Shown: positions 39,074 to 49,643 of the stretch, piece by piece | Position numbering within the stretch: position 1 is the stretch's first letter | Layout: each line of letters begins with the position of its first letter | Source of the DNA: a virus | Lineage: Duplodnaviria; Caudoviricetes | Virus record (IMG/VR): IMGVR_UViG_2721755344_000002 | Location: 32,001-96,000 of that record | Length of the DNA: 64,000 bases | Direction: 5' to 3' (one strand) | Made by a program: the position numbers and the translations under genes | The notes under the pieces: generated by a model | Told to the model about the DNA's origin: nothing | The model's input: the letters and a program-made list of their open reading frames with translations, nothing else | Database searches by the model: none

Positions 39074-39945
39074 GTCATTTCATTGCTATTTAAAATTTCA
39101 ATTACTTTATTAATTTCTTCTACTTGCTCCACTTGCTCCACCTGCGGAAACTCTTCTAATAATATTGGTATTTGCGTATCCCTTTTAGGAACTGTAATCT
39201 TTTTAGAGTAGGCAAATACATATCTCACATAAGCCCTGCTACGATTATAAGCTAATATAGCAGATTTCTTTGATGAATCCCATCCATGTATTTTGAGATA
39301 ATTAGCACAAGAAGCCAGAGCGTCGGGAATGGAAAACAAATCTATAACTCCATCCTTATCCCAATCTACCGCCCACCGTAAATAACTCGACGGCAAAAAC
39401 TGAACCAATCCAAAGGCTCCGCATGTCGAACCCTTATATTCAAATGGGTCTATGTTGTTTCTATTACAAATTAAAAACCAAGATGTAAGTTCCTTCTCAA
39501 ACAGTTTTCTTCTTTTATTATGAACGACCCAAGTTAAAATAGAATTAACTACTTCCAGCTCCCCTAAATAATTTCCAAAATTAGTTTCAGTACGAGTAAT
39601 TGATACTATTATTTCTTTTGGAACACCGTATTCCATTTCAATATCATCAAGTAATTTTTCATTCTCTGCTATAAACTGCTTGCCTCTTTCAATAGAATCA
39701 TCTGTAAAAGAAACTGGTTTGTTATTTGTCTTTATTTTCTTCTTTTTAAAAATATGAGGATATAATTTAATTCTCTTATCCGAGAGTAATTCGTGAGCAT
39801 TTTCTACTCCCGACATTTTTAAATTCTGAACAATCCTCTTCTTTGTCTTGGGATATCTCTTCAGATCATTTCCCAACAACTGATCAGGAGTTGCAAAACA
39901 TATCAATATCAAAAATAATATATAAACTATGCGAATCATAATCAT
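39070..39945 (-). CDS. MltB-family lytic murein transglycosylase
   Basis: YGVP.EIIVSI..ETNFG, GSTCGAFGLVQFLPSSY, AVDWDKDG.IDL, ANYL..HGW, YNRS..Y; N-terminal signal/anchor. Confidence 0.9.
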   Translation of the reverse strand: MIMIRIVYILFLILICFATPDQLLGNDLKRYPKTKKRIVQNLKMSGVENAHELLSDKRIKLYPHIFKKKKIKTNNKPVSFTDDSIERGKQFIAENEKLLDDIEMEYGVPKEIIVSITRTETNFGNYLGELEVVNSILTWVVHNKRRKLFEKELTSWFLICNRNNIDPFEYKGSTCGAFGLVQFLPSSYLRWAVDWDKDGVIDLFSIPDALASCANYLKIHGWDSSKKSAILAYNRSRAYVRYVFAYSKKITVPKRDTQIPILLEEFPQVEQVEQVEEINKVIEILNSNEMT

Positions 39946-40150
39946 CCAGTAGTAAAGGGAAATTCCAACAATTTCCTATCGAAGTAGACAACCCCCAACA
40001 AAGTGTATCTGCGCTCCTTACACACAGGACAGAATATTCCGTTGTCTCCAGGAGGCGTATTCTGCGTCCACCTAAAAACCGTCCCGCACTTGGGGCACTC
40101 GGCGTCCGTGTAGAGAACCCCGTCGATTTCCACACCGTTCGGACACTCCA

Positions 40151-40432
40151 TCATTTTAGAGTCCTTTTAGCTAAATTGTACGCATCAACGATACACCAAA
40201 TCCATATCGGGATGCCTATTAATATCCAAACTGTTAAATAAACTGCTATAAGAAAACCAAACCCTCTTCCAACTTTCTCGCAATACATCTGACCAGCACC
40301 TGGTATAACAAGACTTAGAAGAGCAGAAATGCCAGGACTCTTTTCCGTCAATAAACTGTCACAATATCTGCATTTAATAGCTTCGTCGTGAATTTCTTCT
40401 GAGCAATATTTACATTTTTTCATATTGAGCAC
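40151..40432 (-). CDS. zinc-ribbon plus TM2-like membrane protein
   Basis: CKYCSEEI...CRYC; KSPGISALLSLVIPGAGQMY. Confidence 0.75.
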   Translation of the reverse strand: MLNMKKCKYCSEEIHDEAIKCRYCDSLLTEKSPGISALLSLVIPGAGQMYCEKVGRGFGFLIAVYLTVWILIGIPIWIWCIVDAYNLAKRTLK

Positions 40433-41456
40433 CTTATAAAAGTATTTAGTTTGATCGCATTGTTAAGAAATCTTTTAAGCCTCTTATATTTTTTCAAGTA
40501 ATATCTCCGTTCTTCATCACTACAATTCATAGCAATCCCTATCTGGAAGCTTTCTTCTCTTTCTTTGAGCATTTTAAGTAGTATCTTTACTTTAGCTGGG
40601 CTCATTAACTGGCTTCCCCTACGCATTAGTTTTGGGAAATCATTCCAGTAAGATAAACCAAATTTCCACAAAAGATTTCCATCATTATAACTATCTCTAA
40701 AATATCCTGTTGCGGGATACATCTTACTCCAATAGTATTCCCATTTCCGTCTCCCAGGTTTAGCTTTATCTAATTCTTTTCGCCAGCGTTTTGTAGTTTC
40801 GTTTGTAATCTTTTCAATATAAAGATCAGCCCCCATTTTTAACTTCCTCCTCTTTCAAAATTATTTCTTCTATTTTAAAATATTTACCGCTTTTATCAGC
40901 AACTTTCCACCATTCTTCAATTCTTGAATCATCTCCGTAAATAGTTATAAATGCGGTAACTTTAAAAAATCCAACAGATATATTGGTTCTAAGACTTAAT
41001 ATTCCAAATCTCTCTTCTAAATCATCTACCAGCATCGAAACATAAATAAACTTTTTGCCAATTCCAGATGTTACTTTAAACCTTCTCATAAATTTCCTCC
41101 AAAATTTCTATTCAACTTTAAATCCTTCCAAACATTTAAAACAGTACCACCACGTTGAATTAGGACCATACCCATAAAGTTCCAAGGTTTCAGTATTACA
41201 TTTTGGACATTTCATCTTTCCCCTCCCTTCGAGACTCTACTTCCACATTAATCTATAAGCTTCCTCTCCGTTCTTTGCACAAGAAGTACATATAAACGAA
41301 TCAAATTCGTATGCACATCCTAAATGCCACATTCTACAATATTTATATAGCTTCTTACACACTTCACACTTTGTCCACAAAAGTTTGGGGAACCAAGTAA
41401 GTTTTAGGATTTTAATATCTTCTTTAACTTTCATCTCATTTCCCTCCAAATTTTAT

Positions 41457-42167
41457 TTAAACACCCTCCAAGGCGCACCAGGAATTTATAATACCATAAT
41501 CTGCTTTAAAATCATTTACAGTTTTTCCATCCCTAAAAATGAAAGTGCCATTTTTCTCTCGAGGGGATAAATCTGTAGCCCAATTCTTCCCTATACTGTG
41601 TAACATTTCGTGCTGTTCTTCCCTGCCTTTGTTCATTAACTCTTTGTGAGAAAAAAATGCCTGACAATACATTGAAAGACTATTCCGTTCCCAATCTTGA
41701 CATCTCCACAAGAAATAATTAGCTATTTCCTCTTTAGGAATATTAAAAGCTCTAGCATCAAAAACAGATACTTTTCCTTCCAACCCCGTCATACCTAACT
41801 CCCAAAAATCATTGAAATAGGCAGTCATCGTTGATGCCGAAACACTCACAATTTTATTTAAATTATAGTTAAACCAGGCTTCCGTCTCCAACTTATCATA
41901 GTCGGTTAATAAGAAAGATGCTTCATCGGACTGAACATACCCGAGTTTGAAACCTTGCATTTCTTCAGCAGTTTTTTCAGTAGCATACAACATAGAGTTC
42001 ATAAAATGCGGAAAAAAGGGAGCCTCTAAATGCTTTTTCATCTTTGATGTTAGAGTATGAAATGCCTTACCATCTACCCTAATAATAACAGGCGTTCTTC
42101 TAGTAAGATAAATTCTATAGCTATCTTCGTAATTACGCTTTATTCTGTCCCCTAATTCGTTTTCCAT
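41457..42167 (-). CDS. tRNA(His) guanylyltransferase Thg1-like protein
   Basis: IIRVDGKAFH, YVQSDEAS, FDAR, YFLWRCQD..RNS, KNGT. Confidence 0.92.
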   Translation of the reverse strand: MENELGDRIKRNYEDSYRIYLTRRTPVIIRVDGKAFHTLTSKMKKHLEAPFFPHFMNSMLYATEKTAEEMQGFKLGYVQSDEASFLLTDYDKLETEAWFNYNLNKIVSVSASTMTAYFNDFWELGMTGLEGKVSVFDARAFNIPKEEIANYFLWRCQDWERNSLSMYCQAFFSHKELMNKGREEQHEMLHSIGKNWATDLSPREKNGTFIFRDGKTVNDFKADYGIINSWCALEGV

Positions 42168-42542
42168 TTTTCTTCTAATACAGCACTCTCGCAGACTTTA
42201 CATTTTCCGTTTTTATAAACTCTAAAATAAGAATCTATCCAAAGAGCACCCTTACAAATTCGGCACAATCCAATATATTTTAAATCTCTTAAAACAAATA
42301 ATGAAATCACTTTCTCTGCCATCCTATCTTTTTACTAATTCTAACGTGTTCTTCGTTACCAACTTCATTCCTTTTTTCATCTATTTTTTTAGCATAATAC
42401 TGACCAATCTCACCAGTAAAAAATGGGTCTCCGATTTCAGCAAATCTCCACTTTCTCAAAAGTTCCTCGTAAGAGGCACTATCAATCCACTCTTTCTGTT
42501 TAAATTTACTAAAAAATCCTTTGTCCAAATCCTCAAGACTCT

Positions 42543-43130
42543 TCATTTTTGCAATCTTATCATTCTTCTAAATTTAATGTATTTTGGAAAGACACACTTT
42601 ATTTCTTCGACAGTAGCTAATCTAAATCTCTCTTTCCACCACCCTCCAGGCGGATATTTAAAATATACATACTCCGTTTTATCATTGCCCACCGGACGCC
42701 TAACTTCATCAACAATATAAATTTCACCTTGTCTCAATCTCACAGAGTCGGGCGGAGCATCAATACAAATAACTCTGTCTCCAGATTTAAATTTATCCAT
42801 CTCTGCTCCTTCTTCTTCATCTCCTATAAAAGAAGTCTGCCAGGCATTATTAGTACCAACAAATTGATTATACCATTGTTCTCTCAGACTCAAAGACTGA
42901 AGATCTCCCTGATTTATATTTACGTCACCTATCACACAAATAGTTTCTTCAGGCCGAGGCCATAAATGAATTTCGTGCTCAAAATACGCCTCAGAACAAA
43001 TAAGACACTTACCCAAATGTTCTCTTCTTCCAGATAAGGTTGCCACTGTAGTTACACAATTTTTACACATTCTTCTACCGCATTTGGGACATATTAAATC
43101 TCCAGCACAACATTCAATATGTTCGATCAT
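42543..43130 (-). CDS. hypothetical Zn-finger protein ending in RRMIRL
   Basis: CxxC clusters; ends KFRRMIRLQK. Confidence 0.6.
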   Translation of the reverse strand: MIEHIECCAGDLICPKCGRRMCKNCVTTVATLSGRREHLGKCLICSEAYFEHEIHLWPRPEETICVIGDVNINQGDLQSLSLREQWYNQFVGTNNAWQTSFIGDEEEGAEMDKFKSGDRVICIDAPPDSVRLRQGEIYIVDEVRRPVGNDKTEYVYFKYPPGGWWKERFRLATVEEIKCVFPKYIKFRRMIRLQK

Positions 43131-43224
43131 AGCTTACCTAAAAAATATTTAGCAGGGAATTTTACGATAAGAAGACTAACGAACAGCGCCCTTTCCTTAA
43201 TCGCCCTTATCAACCCTGCTAAAA

Positions 43225-43434
43225 CTAATTGTACCCTCTGACTTTTGTCCACTCACCAATATCTAGCTTCTTGCGAAACGAGTTGATGAGCTTTATTATC
43301 TCATCGTTTGTGTAGTAAGCTAACTCTTCAAAAGTACACTTGACTACTTCCTTTATCTGAGCTATATTGACTTCTACTTTCTTGCCTTCTTTTTCGGAAA
43401 TACTCTTAACCAAACTATTTTGATTGATAGCCAT
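43225..43434 (-). CDS. HU/IHF-like DNA-binding protein (short, divergent)
   Basis: NQNSLVKSISEKEG...QIKEVV...FEELA helical N-domain; GGAGG RBS. Confidence 0.55.
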   Translation of the reverse strand: MAINQNSLVKSISEKEGKKVEVNIAQIKEVVKCTFEELAYYTNDEIIKLINSFRKKLDIGEWTKVRGYN

Positions 43435-43983
43435 TCTAAATCACCTCCCTTCTCTTAGTATAAACAACCCAGCAGTCGGTCCATAGCGGACATTTAGGAG
43501 CGCCCGTTGTAGTAAAACAATGGTCCTTCACATATTCATTATCAACATTTTCGTCGGCAAAAAATTCGCAATCAATATCTATTTCTCTACCATCTGTTCG
43601 TCTTATAATCATTTTATATCGAGCTCAATTCCATTCTTCTTAGAAATCTTCCGTCTTTCCATCTCATATGCTCCTTTACTAAAAGTAGTCCAAAATAACT
43701 TTGTTTCTCATTCCTATCGTAAAAAACAAAACAAGTGCTATCGTTACTATTTAAAACTACCCTACCAGGACATGAATTCATACCTTCGCATTCATAAAAC
43801 CCAGGGCAAGGAATAAAATTACGGACTTCAAATCTGTCCCCGCTAAAAACCTCTTTCCTAGAGCTGATAGGTAAATAGTTAATATTAACATAGCTAATAT
43901 GATAGAAAGTACCAAATTTTATCCAAGCTGACTTGCCGCTATGAATTTTAACTTCATAAACACCTGGAGGAAAAAGGAAGCGA

Positions 43984-44790
43984 TTAATCTTTTGAGGAAG
44001 TTTCATTAAAATTATCCTCTAAAATGCGCATCAACAATTCCTCTGCTCTATTGTAATCAGGCTTGTCTTTCAGCGTACTATGAATATATGCTTGTTCAGC
44101 CAATCCAAATAGCTTCTCAGCTTCTCTTTTCACCTGTTCCAGAGTCCACTCCCCATTTTTTATAGAAATGAGTTGTGGAGCATCCTCACGCTCTACATAC
44201 AAAACACCCTCAGTAAGAAACTCTATCCCCATCTTTAGAAGACGAATCAAATGTGCTCCATTTTTACAATCAAACCCGAACTTCTCTACAAGTTTTTTTC
44301 TCTTCTCCCCCATATAACCTTCAAATTTAAAATGTGTCATTCTTTTAAACTGTCCATACGCATATCCGCTAAAAGAATGATAGGCATGCTTGCTCACAAA
44401 TATATCACGGTTATCAATAAGCAACTGCCCGTATTTATTCCTACTTAAATAATACTTCTCTGGTAGCCACAACATCATCATAACATTGGGGTTACATTTA
44501 AGAAGAAGCCCAACAAACTTCCTTAACTCGTATAGAATAATATCCCACTCCTGAACCTGTCTTTCATAAACTTCCCTTTTCCCAAATCCTAAATAATGAT
44601 TCTTAGGCGCAATAAAGATACCCATAACATCTTTGTCATCCGTGCTGTTTGGCTTATTAGAAGGAAGATAAGTACCGTGCGCTATTGACCCTCTATATCC
44701 AGATAAAACTATATTCAACGGATTGTTGTTTCCATCCGTAAATAATTCTTTAGTCTTCTCGTCTGACAAACCTTTTAAGTTCATTATCAT
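43984..44790 (-). CDS. pol-beta superfamily nucleotidyltransferase (RlaP/YcgL-like)
   Basis: GSIAHG...DDKDVMGIF, ELRKF..L..CNPN, K.GAHLIRLL. Confidence 0.88.
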   Translation of the reverse strand: MIMNLKGLSDEKTKELFTDGNNNPLNIVLSGYRGSIAHGTYLPSNKPNSTDDKDVMGIFIAPKNHYLGFGKREVYERQVQEWDIILYELRKFVGLLLKCNPNVMMMLWLPEKYYLSRNKYGQLLIDNRDIFVSKHAYHSFSGYAYGQFKRMTHFKFEGYMGEKRKKLVEKFGFDCKNGAHLIRLLKMGIEFLTEGVLYVEREDAPQLISIKNGEWTLEQVKREAEKLFGLAEQAYIHSTLKDKPDYNRAEELLMRILEDNFNETSSKD

Positions 44791-45180
44791 AACCTAAACA
44801 AACGATACGATTTCTTCTCTAAACAACCTCTTCCATCGGGATCATTTTTCTTATCCAAAGCCGTAGCAAGTTCTGACATTAGAATATGAGCATTGTTATT
44901 GTGCTTCAAATACTCCTGAAAAATCTCTCCACGATCTCCGGTTGAAATACCAGAAAATAAAGCAAAAAACAATTCCCACATCCCGTTGATTTCTTTACTC
45001 AAAGCGAATAAAAGCTCGTGCTTCTCTTCCATTACTTTGCCTCATAATGAGTATGATACAAATAATACTGGCACGTCTTATTCTCTTGATGATATGAATA
45101 GGGATAAGGAGCTTTAGGTAGAACTGTTAAATTACTGCATCCAACTATCCCCGCTAAAACCAATCCAATCAATAGCCATC

Positions 45181-45432
45181 TCATTTTTCCCTCCGAGTGT
45201 CCCGCAAAACTTCCCTTACTAAGTATCCGAGCGTTGCAACACCAACTACCCCCAACAAAATTAGTACAACCCACCATCCGATATCAGAACCATCATAATC
45301 CGGAGTAGATCGAAGGAAAGATGGAATCCAGTTAGAAGGAATATAACCCTTTTCCAATATTTCCTTTACAGCATCAGGATGTGGATTAGGACCAAGAATT
45401 GTCTCTATTAATTCTATTATTTCTTCATTCAT
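45181..45432 (-). CDS. small membrane protein, probably leaderless transcript
   Basis: ATG 7 nt downstream of TATAAT; C-terminal TM helix. Confidence 0.55.
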   Translation of the reverse strand: MNEEIIELIETILGPNPHPDAVKEILEKGYIPSNWIPSFLRSTPDYDGSDIGWWVVLILLGVVGVATLGYLVREVLRDTRREK

Positions 45433-45439
45433 ATAATAT

Positions 45440-45468
45440 ATTATACCAAATTCAAAATATAATGTCAA
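45440..45468 (-). promoter_or_regulatory. sigma70-type promoter
   Basis: TTGACA-17-TATAAT. Confidence 0.85.
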
Positions 45469-45556
45469 CCCAGAAAATGATTGGTGCAGATATGAGGCAT
45501 TTATCTCATACGGCTGGAGACCTCCGCTAGCACCCGCTATACTGCACCATTCTAAC

Positions 45557-46408
45557 TTATTTTCGATGCTCTCGTTGTCCACCCTGACGTCCGCCTTGAT
45601 GAATCGCTCCGCCCTGTCGAGTTGTACCCTGACGTCCACCTTGATGAATTGCTCCGCCCTGACGAGTTCCACCCTGACGTCCACCTTGAATTGCTCCACC
45701 CTGTCGAGTTGTACCCTGTCGAGTACCTTGACGAATTGTACCCTGTCGAGTTGTACCCTGTCGAGTTGTACCCTGTCGAGTACCTTGACGAATTGTACCC
45801 TGTCGAGTTGTACCCTGTCGAGTACCTTGATGAATTGCTCCACCTTGAGGAGTTCGAGTTCTACCATCTCCTCTTAAACCGGGGCGGTGGTCAAAATGTC
45901 TGCCTCTAGTACCCCAGTTACGATGGTCTCTCCAATGCCCTCTATCGTGCCAGCCTCTCCAGTTTCTATGAAAATCACGATAATGAATCCTATGATAATC
46001 CCACCTATGACCACCCCACATATGGTTACGGTAATTATCTCTCCAATGTGGATGAATAGTTACATACCAAGTTGGGATACCACTATAAAAGATCCAGCCA
46101 GAATCGTAAGCTCTGGAACGATACCATCTGCCATTCCAAAGTCTAAACCACCATCCGCCATAAAAATAGATGTCTTCCTGAATTTCAGGAACAACATACA
46201 CTTCCGTTTCGGGTAACACTATAACTTCAGGAGGTTCAACAAATACGATCGGAGGAGGAAGTTCTACAACCACTTGAGGTGGCGGAGGAACTTCTATCGT
46301 AATACGAGGCGGAGGGGGCACTACCACCCTCACCTTCTGCGCAAAAGCTGGACTGATTACCAAGCTTAGCACTACTAATACTGAAAACACAAAAGCTAAT
46401 TTCTTCAT
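45557..46408 (-). CDS. secreted Pro-rich/W-rich protein with QG(T/G)(T)R low-complexity tail
   Basis: signal peptide, VPPPP, FYGGWW..W.GRWY; C-terminal repeats. Confidence 0.8.
   Translation of the reverse strand: MKKLAFVFSVLVVLSLVISPAFAQKVRVVVPPPPRITIEVPPPPQVVVELPPPIVFVEPPEVIVLPETEVYVVPEIQEDIYFYGGWWFRLWNGRWYRSRAYDSGWIFYSGIPTWYVTIHPHWRDNYRNHMWGGHRWDYHRIHYRDFHRNWRGWHDRGHWRDHRNWGTRGRHFDHRPGLRGDGRTRTPQGGAIHQGTRQGTTRQGTIRQGTRQGTTRQGTTRQGTIRQGTRQGTTRQGGAIQGGRQGGTRQGGAIHQGGRQGTTRQGGAIHQGGRQGGQREHRK
45578..45848. repeat. coding tandem repeats of 12/15-bp units
   Basis: gtaccctgtcgagtt and variants repeated more than 15 times. Confidence 0.9.
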
Positions 46409-46858
46409 TCTTTTTTGTCCTTTCTTTTTAGTTTATCTTAAAACAACTTATTACACCCCCTTTCATTATTTATTTGATTCCGTTTACCTCCTTTCTCTAC
46501 CATCTACCCTGATATGGAGAGTCAATGAAATACTGTTTAATCATCATCACTATTCCAAATATTAGGTAGGCTAAAATTAGTGCCATTGGAATGTAATTCC
46601 TCTCTACTTTAATAAAATTTCCACGACGGGGAATCCCGATTCTCCACCCCGCTCAGGCCCCCCATGACTCCCACTAAATATGTCATGTTATGGGATTTAA
46701 TATCCAGCAAAGGATAGCTATCTATTGGCCCGTGCGATTTTATTGATCGTCTCGTACACCACGTGGTACTTTTTTAAAATATGCGGTCTCTCCCGCCGTC
46801 ACTGGTTGTTCTGTTCTTACCGGCATTTCCGCCGAACGTCCAGTCGTTGCGGTGCGGT

Positions 46859-47545
46859 CTATTCAATCTGAAACTCTACTCTTCGATTCTGTTTACGTCC
46901 TTCTTCAGTCTTGTTATCGCAACAAGGTTTAGATTCACCATAACCCTTAACCTTCAATCTGTCTGATTGAATACTGAATTTATCCTGCAAGTACTTGGAT
47001 GCACTATTAGCTCTCTTTTCAGAAATAATCTTATTAGTCGCATCCGGCCCCTTACTATCTGTATGCCCGCCAACCTCTACTTTGATACTTGGGTTTTCTT
47101 TCAAAACCACACCATTTTTATCCAACGTCTTAGCTGCGTTAGGTGTAATATTTGATTTATTACTATCAAAATAGATCGGTTCAAGAATTGGTTTAGACTT
47201 CTTAACCACTGGAGGCACAGGAGGTACTCGAGGAACTACCGGAGGAACAACCTTCGGAACAACCTTCGGAGGAACTACCACCCGAGGAGGAACAACGGCA
47301 ACTGGTGTGGATTTAGGATGCTTATCTACAAAACTTGACCCTATACAAGTTGTATGCCAACCATCCAACTCTTCTTTGTCTACATACACTACATACTCGC
47401 CCTGTATCATAACAGGAAAACCAGAAGGCTGGTTTAACGAAGATGGAATATAGTATGTAATTATTGGAAAGTTATTGGCAAGACCTACCCCGGAAAAGAC
47501 GAAAACAAAAGCTAAAGCTAAAACTAAAGCTAACATTTTTTTCAT
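46859..47545 (-). CDS. OmpA-family peptidoglycan-binding protein
   Basis: signal peptide, Pro/Val linker, IYFD, GHTD, ISEKRA, GYGESKP, NRRVEF. Confidence 0.92.
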   Translation of the reverse strand: MKKMLALVLALAFVFVFSGVGLANNFPIITYYIPSSLNQPSGFPVMIQGEYVVYVDKEELDGWHTTCIGSSFVDKHPKSTPVAVVPPRVVVPPKVVPKVVPPVVPRVPPVPPVVKKSKPILEPIYFDSNKSNITPNAAKTLDKNGVVLKENPSIKVEVGGHTDSKGPDATNKIISEKRANSASKYLQDKFSIQSDRLKVKGYGESKPCCDNKTEEGRKQNRRVEFQIE

Positions 47546-47558
47546 AAACTACCTCCAT

Positions 47559-47590
47559 AAAAAAGGGGTGGGGCGAAAACCCCACCCCTT
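47559..47590 (-). terminator. rho-independent terminator
   Basis: AAGGGGTGGGG-TTTTCG-CCCCACCCCTT followed by T-run on minus strand. Confidence 0.88.
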
Positions 47591-47613
47591 AAAATACTAT
47601 TTAAATTCTTTGA

Positions 47614-48489
47614 TTATTGAATTTCAAAGAACTTAATAATATAAGTCGGGTCGGCTGTACTTCTTGTGTATCCAGGAAGAATCGCACCAGTAGCTCCGTA
47701 TCCTAATGGATTTGTTCCGCCACCAATTCCTGATAAAGAAGCTGAACCACCACCACCAACTCCGGCACCCATAGCACTATCTTTATACTGGACAAGGTAG
47801 CGAACTTTTGCAAGATTGAAATCTTTGCTACCATACTTGTCGACGATACCCTTGAAAGCATCCAGCAAATCTTCTTCGATGTCTTCCAATCGGACTCTAT
47901 CAAAGATAGAACCGCTGACTACTTTTAAAACTCGTTTAACTTTCTCGCCCTTATAAGGAAGAGCAGGAATGTCAAACAAAACTACCTGAGCCGTTACGTC
48001 ACCAACTCGCCCTCCCTGAATAAGAGGAATTGGCATAGGAATAACCTGAGGAGCACCCAAAAACTGCTTTGTGTCCTCAATAATTTGGGTATTACTCATA
48101 CTCTGAGACTGAGACTGGGATTGAGTCTGACTTTGTTTCTGTCCCTGTTTCTGTCCCTGAATATTCCCAATAGCCATATTTGTATTGACATTGGTGTTTC
48201 TGTTATCATTGTTATTCAAATTGGCATTGGTATTGATATTAGTATTCGTATTTTTGTTGCTGTTGTTATTGGTATTAGTAATATCGCCAACACCACCATC
48301 ACCGTCAATACCAGTACCTACAAATATGTCACTCACATGCCCTGCTGGGTTGCTTGCATAATATACCACGTTGCTTCCATTCCCAGCAGTGTAAAATCCA
48401 GGCCCCTGCCAGTCGGTGATCTCTGCAAATGCTGGAACTGCCACCGCCATAGTCGCTACTAAAACTAACGCTAACAAATACTTTTTCAT
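47614..48489 (-). CDS. secreted protein with Asn- and Gln/Ser-rich linker
   Basis: signal peptide MKKYLLALVLVATMAVAVPAFA with GGAGG RBS. Confidence 0.75.
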   Translation of the reverse strand: MKKYLLALVLVATMAVAVPAFAEITDWQGPGFYTAGNGSNVVYYASNPAGHVSDIFVGTGIDGDGGVGDITNTNNNSNKNTNTNINTNANLNNNDNRNTNVNTNMAIGNIQGQKQGQKQSQTQSQSQSQSMSNTQIIEDTKQFLGAPQVIPMPIPLIQGGRVGDVTAQVVLFDIPALPYKGEKVKRVLKVVSGSIFDRVRLEDIEEDLLDAFKGIVDKYGSKDFNLAKVRYLVQYKDSAMGAGVGGGGSASLSGIGGGTNPLGYGATGAILPGYTRSTADPTYIIKFFEIQ

Positions 48490-48696
48490 AATTTCCAATC
48501 CTCCATTTTTATTTTGGTTAAATTGTTTAGGCACTATTGCCATACATCTCTTCATTATTTCACTTTTCACTTATCAATAAAATTAATCAATCGCTTCGCA
48601 CCACCTCCTTTTCTTCACAGTAGCCCTACGAGGTTATTCGGGTTAATGCAGTCCATCTGCTACTAATTTTGAATGACAATTTCATCTTACCTAAAT

Positions 48697-48725
48697 ATAA
48701 TAACATAAAAAAATCTGTTTGTCAA
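48697..48725 (-). promoter_or_regulatory. sigma70-type promoter
   Basis: TTGACA-17-TATTAT with TGn. Confidence 0.7.
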
Positions 48726-49142
48726 GTCATTTATAAACTACTCCACTAAATTCTTTACCAGGTAGAAACTTTATCAACTTTTAATTGCCTCAGCATTAAC
48801 ATTACATCTCCGTCTTTATCGGGCTCGAGCCATATTTTTTCGCCCTCCACATTATCCAAGTTCTTATATCTTTTAATAGCCATAAAAGAAATTTCTCCAA
48901 TTTCTCCATCCTTAAAAATTTCTCCAATTTCCCCATTACCGTTGACCTTAACCCCTCTATGAAAGTGAAAGTATCCAATTATCCTTCCGTCCACTTCAAT
49001 ATAAACATGTTCCACCTCCGCAACTTTCCGATCTAGGTTTATCCCAAATCTAACATAAGGTCTGCCTATACTAAATCCTTTCTTTTTTATAAAAGGTTTA
49101 ACAATAGGAATTTCTGGATAACCTTCCAGTCTGATTCTGCGT

Positions 49143-49643
49143 TTAGGCTTTGTCAATTCTTATTAACCTCTTCTTCTTGTAGTCTCTTTTAAGAATTGGT
49201 TTGGGTCCATCCAAAACAATATATTTACCAATCACATCTCGAAAATCTTTCAGTGATTCTTTAATTTCTTTTTTGAGCTCGCCAAAAGTCCATTTCTTAC
49301 CTGATGCTCTACTGGAGGATCCATAATGAGCATAATCCCCAGCATGCCCATAGTCCCACCCATAAAAAAACCAGCCCGATGGCAAATAAACATCATCTCC
49401 ACCTCCAGCAAAAGTCAATCCTCCGTGACAATGAAAAGGATTAAAAATATCGTCCTCATAACTTTTATTAGCTAAGGAATGATCTAAAGGAATACCTATA
49501 TAACAACACCAAGCCATTGGTCCCCGCATTATTATTGAACGAAATGAACCAAAAGCTTCGATGTCGGTAACGTCATAGACAATCGTCCCCATTTCTAACT
49601 TACCCAAATCCCAAAAATCTTCACTCACGTTAAATCTTTTCAT
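49143..49643 (-). CDS. conserved phage protein (CxY...HGGLT...GWDYxH), C-terminal RLIRI
   Basis: WCCYIGIP..H, CHGGLTF, GWDYGHAGD. Confidence 0.75.
   Translation of the reverse strand: MKRFNVSEDFWDLGKLEMGTIVYDVTDIEAFGSFRSIIMRGPMAWCCYIGIPLDHSLANKSYEDDIFNPFHCHGGLTFAGGGDDVYLPSGWFFYGWDYGHAGDYAHYGSSSRASGKKWTFGELKKEIKESLKDFRDVIGKYIVLDGPKPILKRDYKKKRLIRIDKA

Noticed and set aside
45578-45848. Possible additional guide or CRISPR-like array
   Set aside because: Unit lengths are multiples of 3 and lie in-frame in a secreted protein's tail; no GGY-NN phasing.
45181-45909. Multiple overlapping ORFs (45181-45867 minus, 45566-45877 plus, 45622-45909 plus)
   Set aside because: Stop-free shadows of the 12/15-bp coding repeat in 45557-46408; only 45181-45432 is retained as a separate gene.
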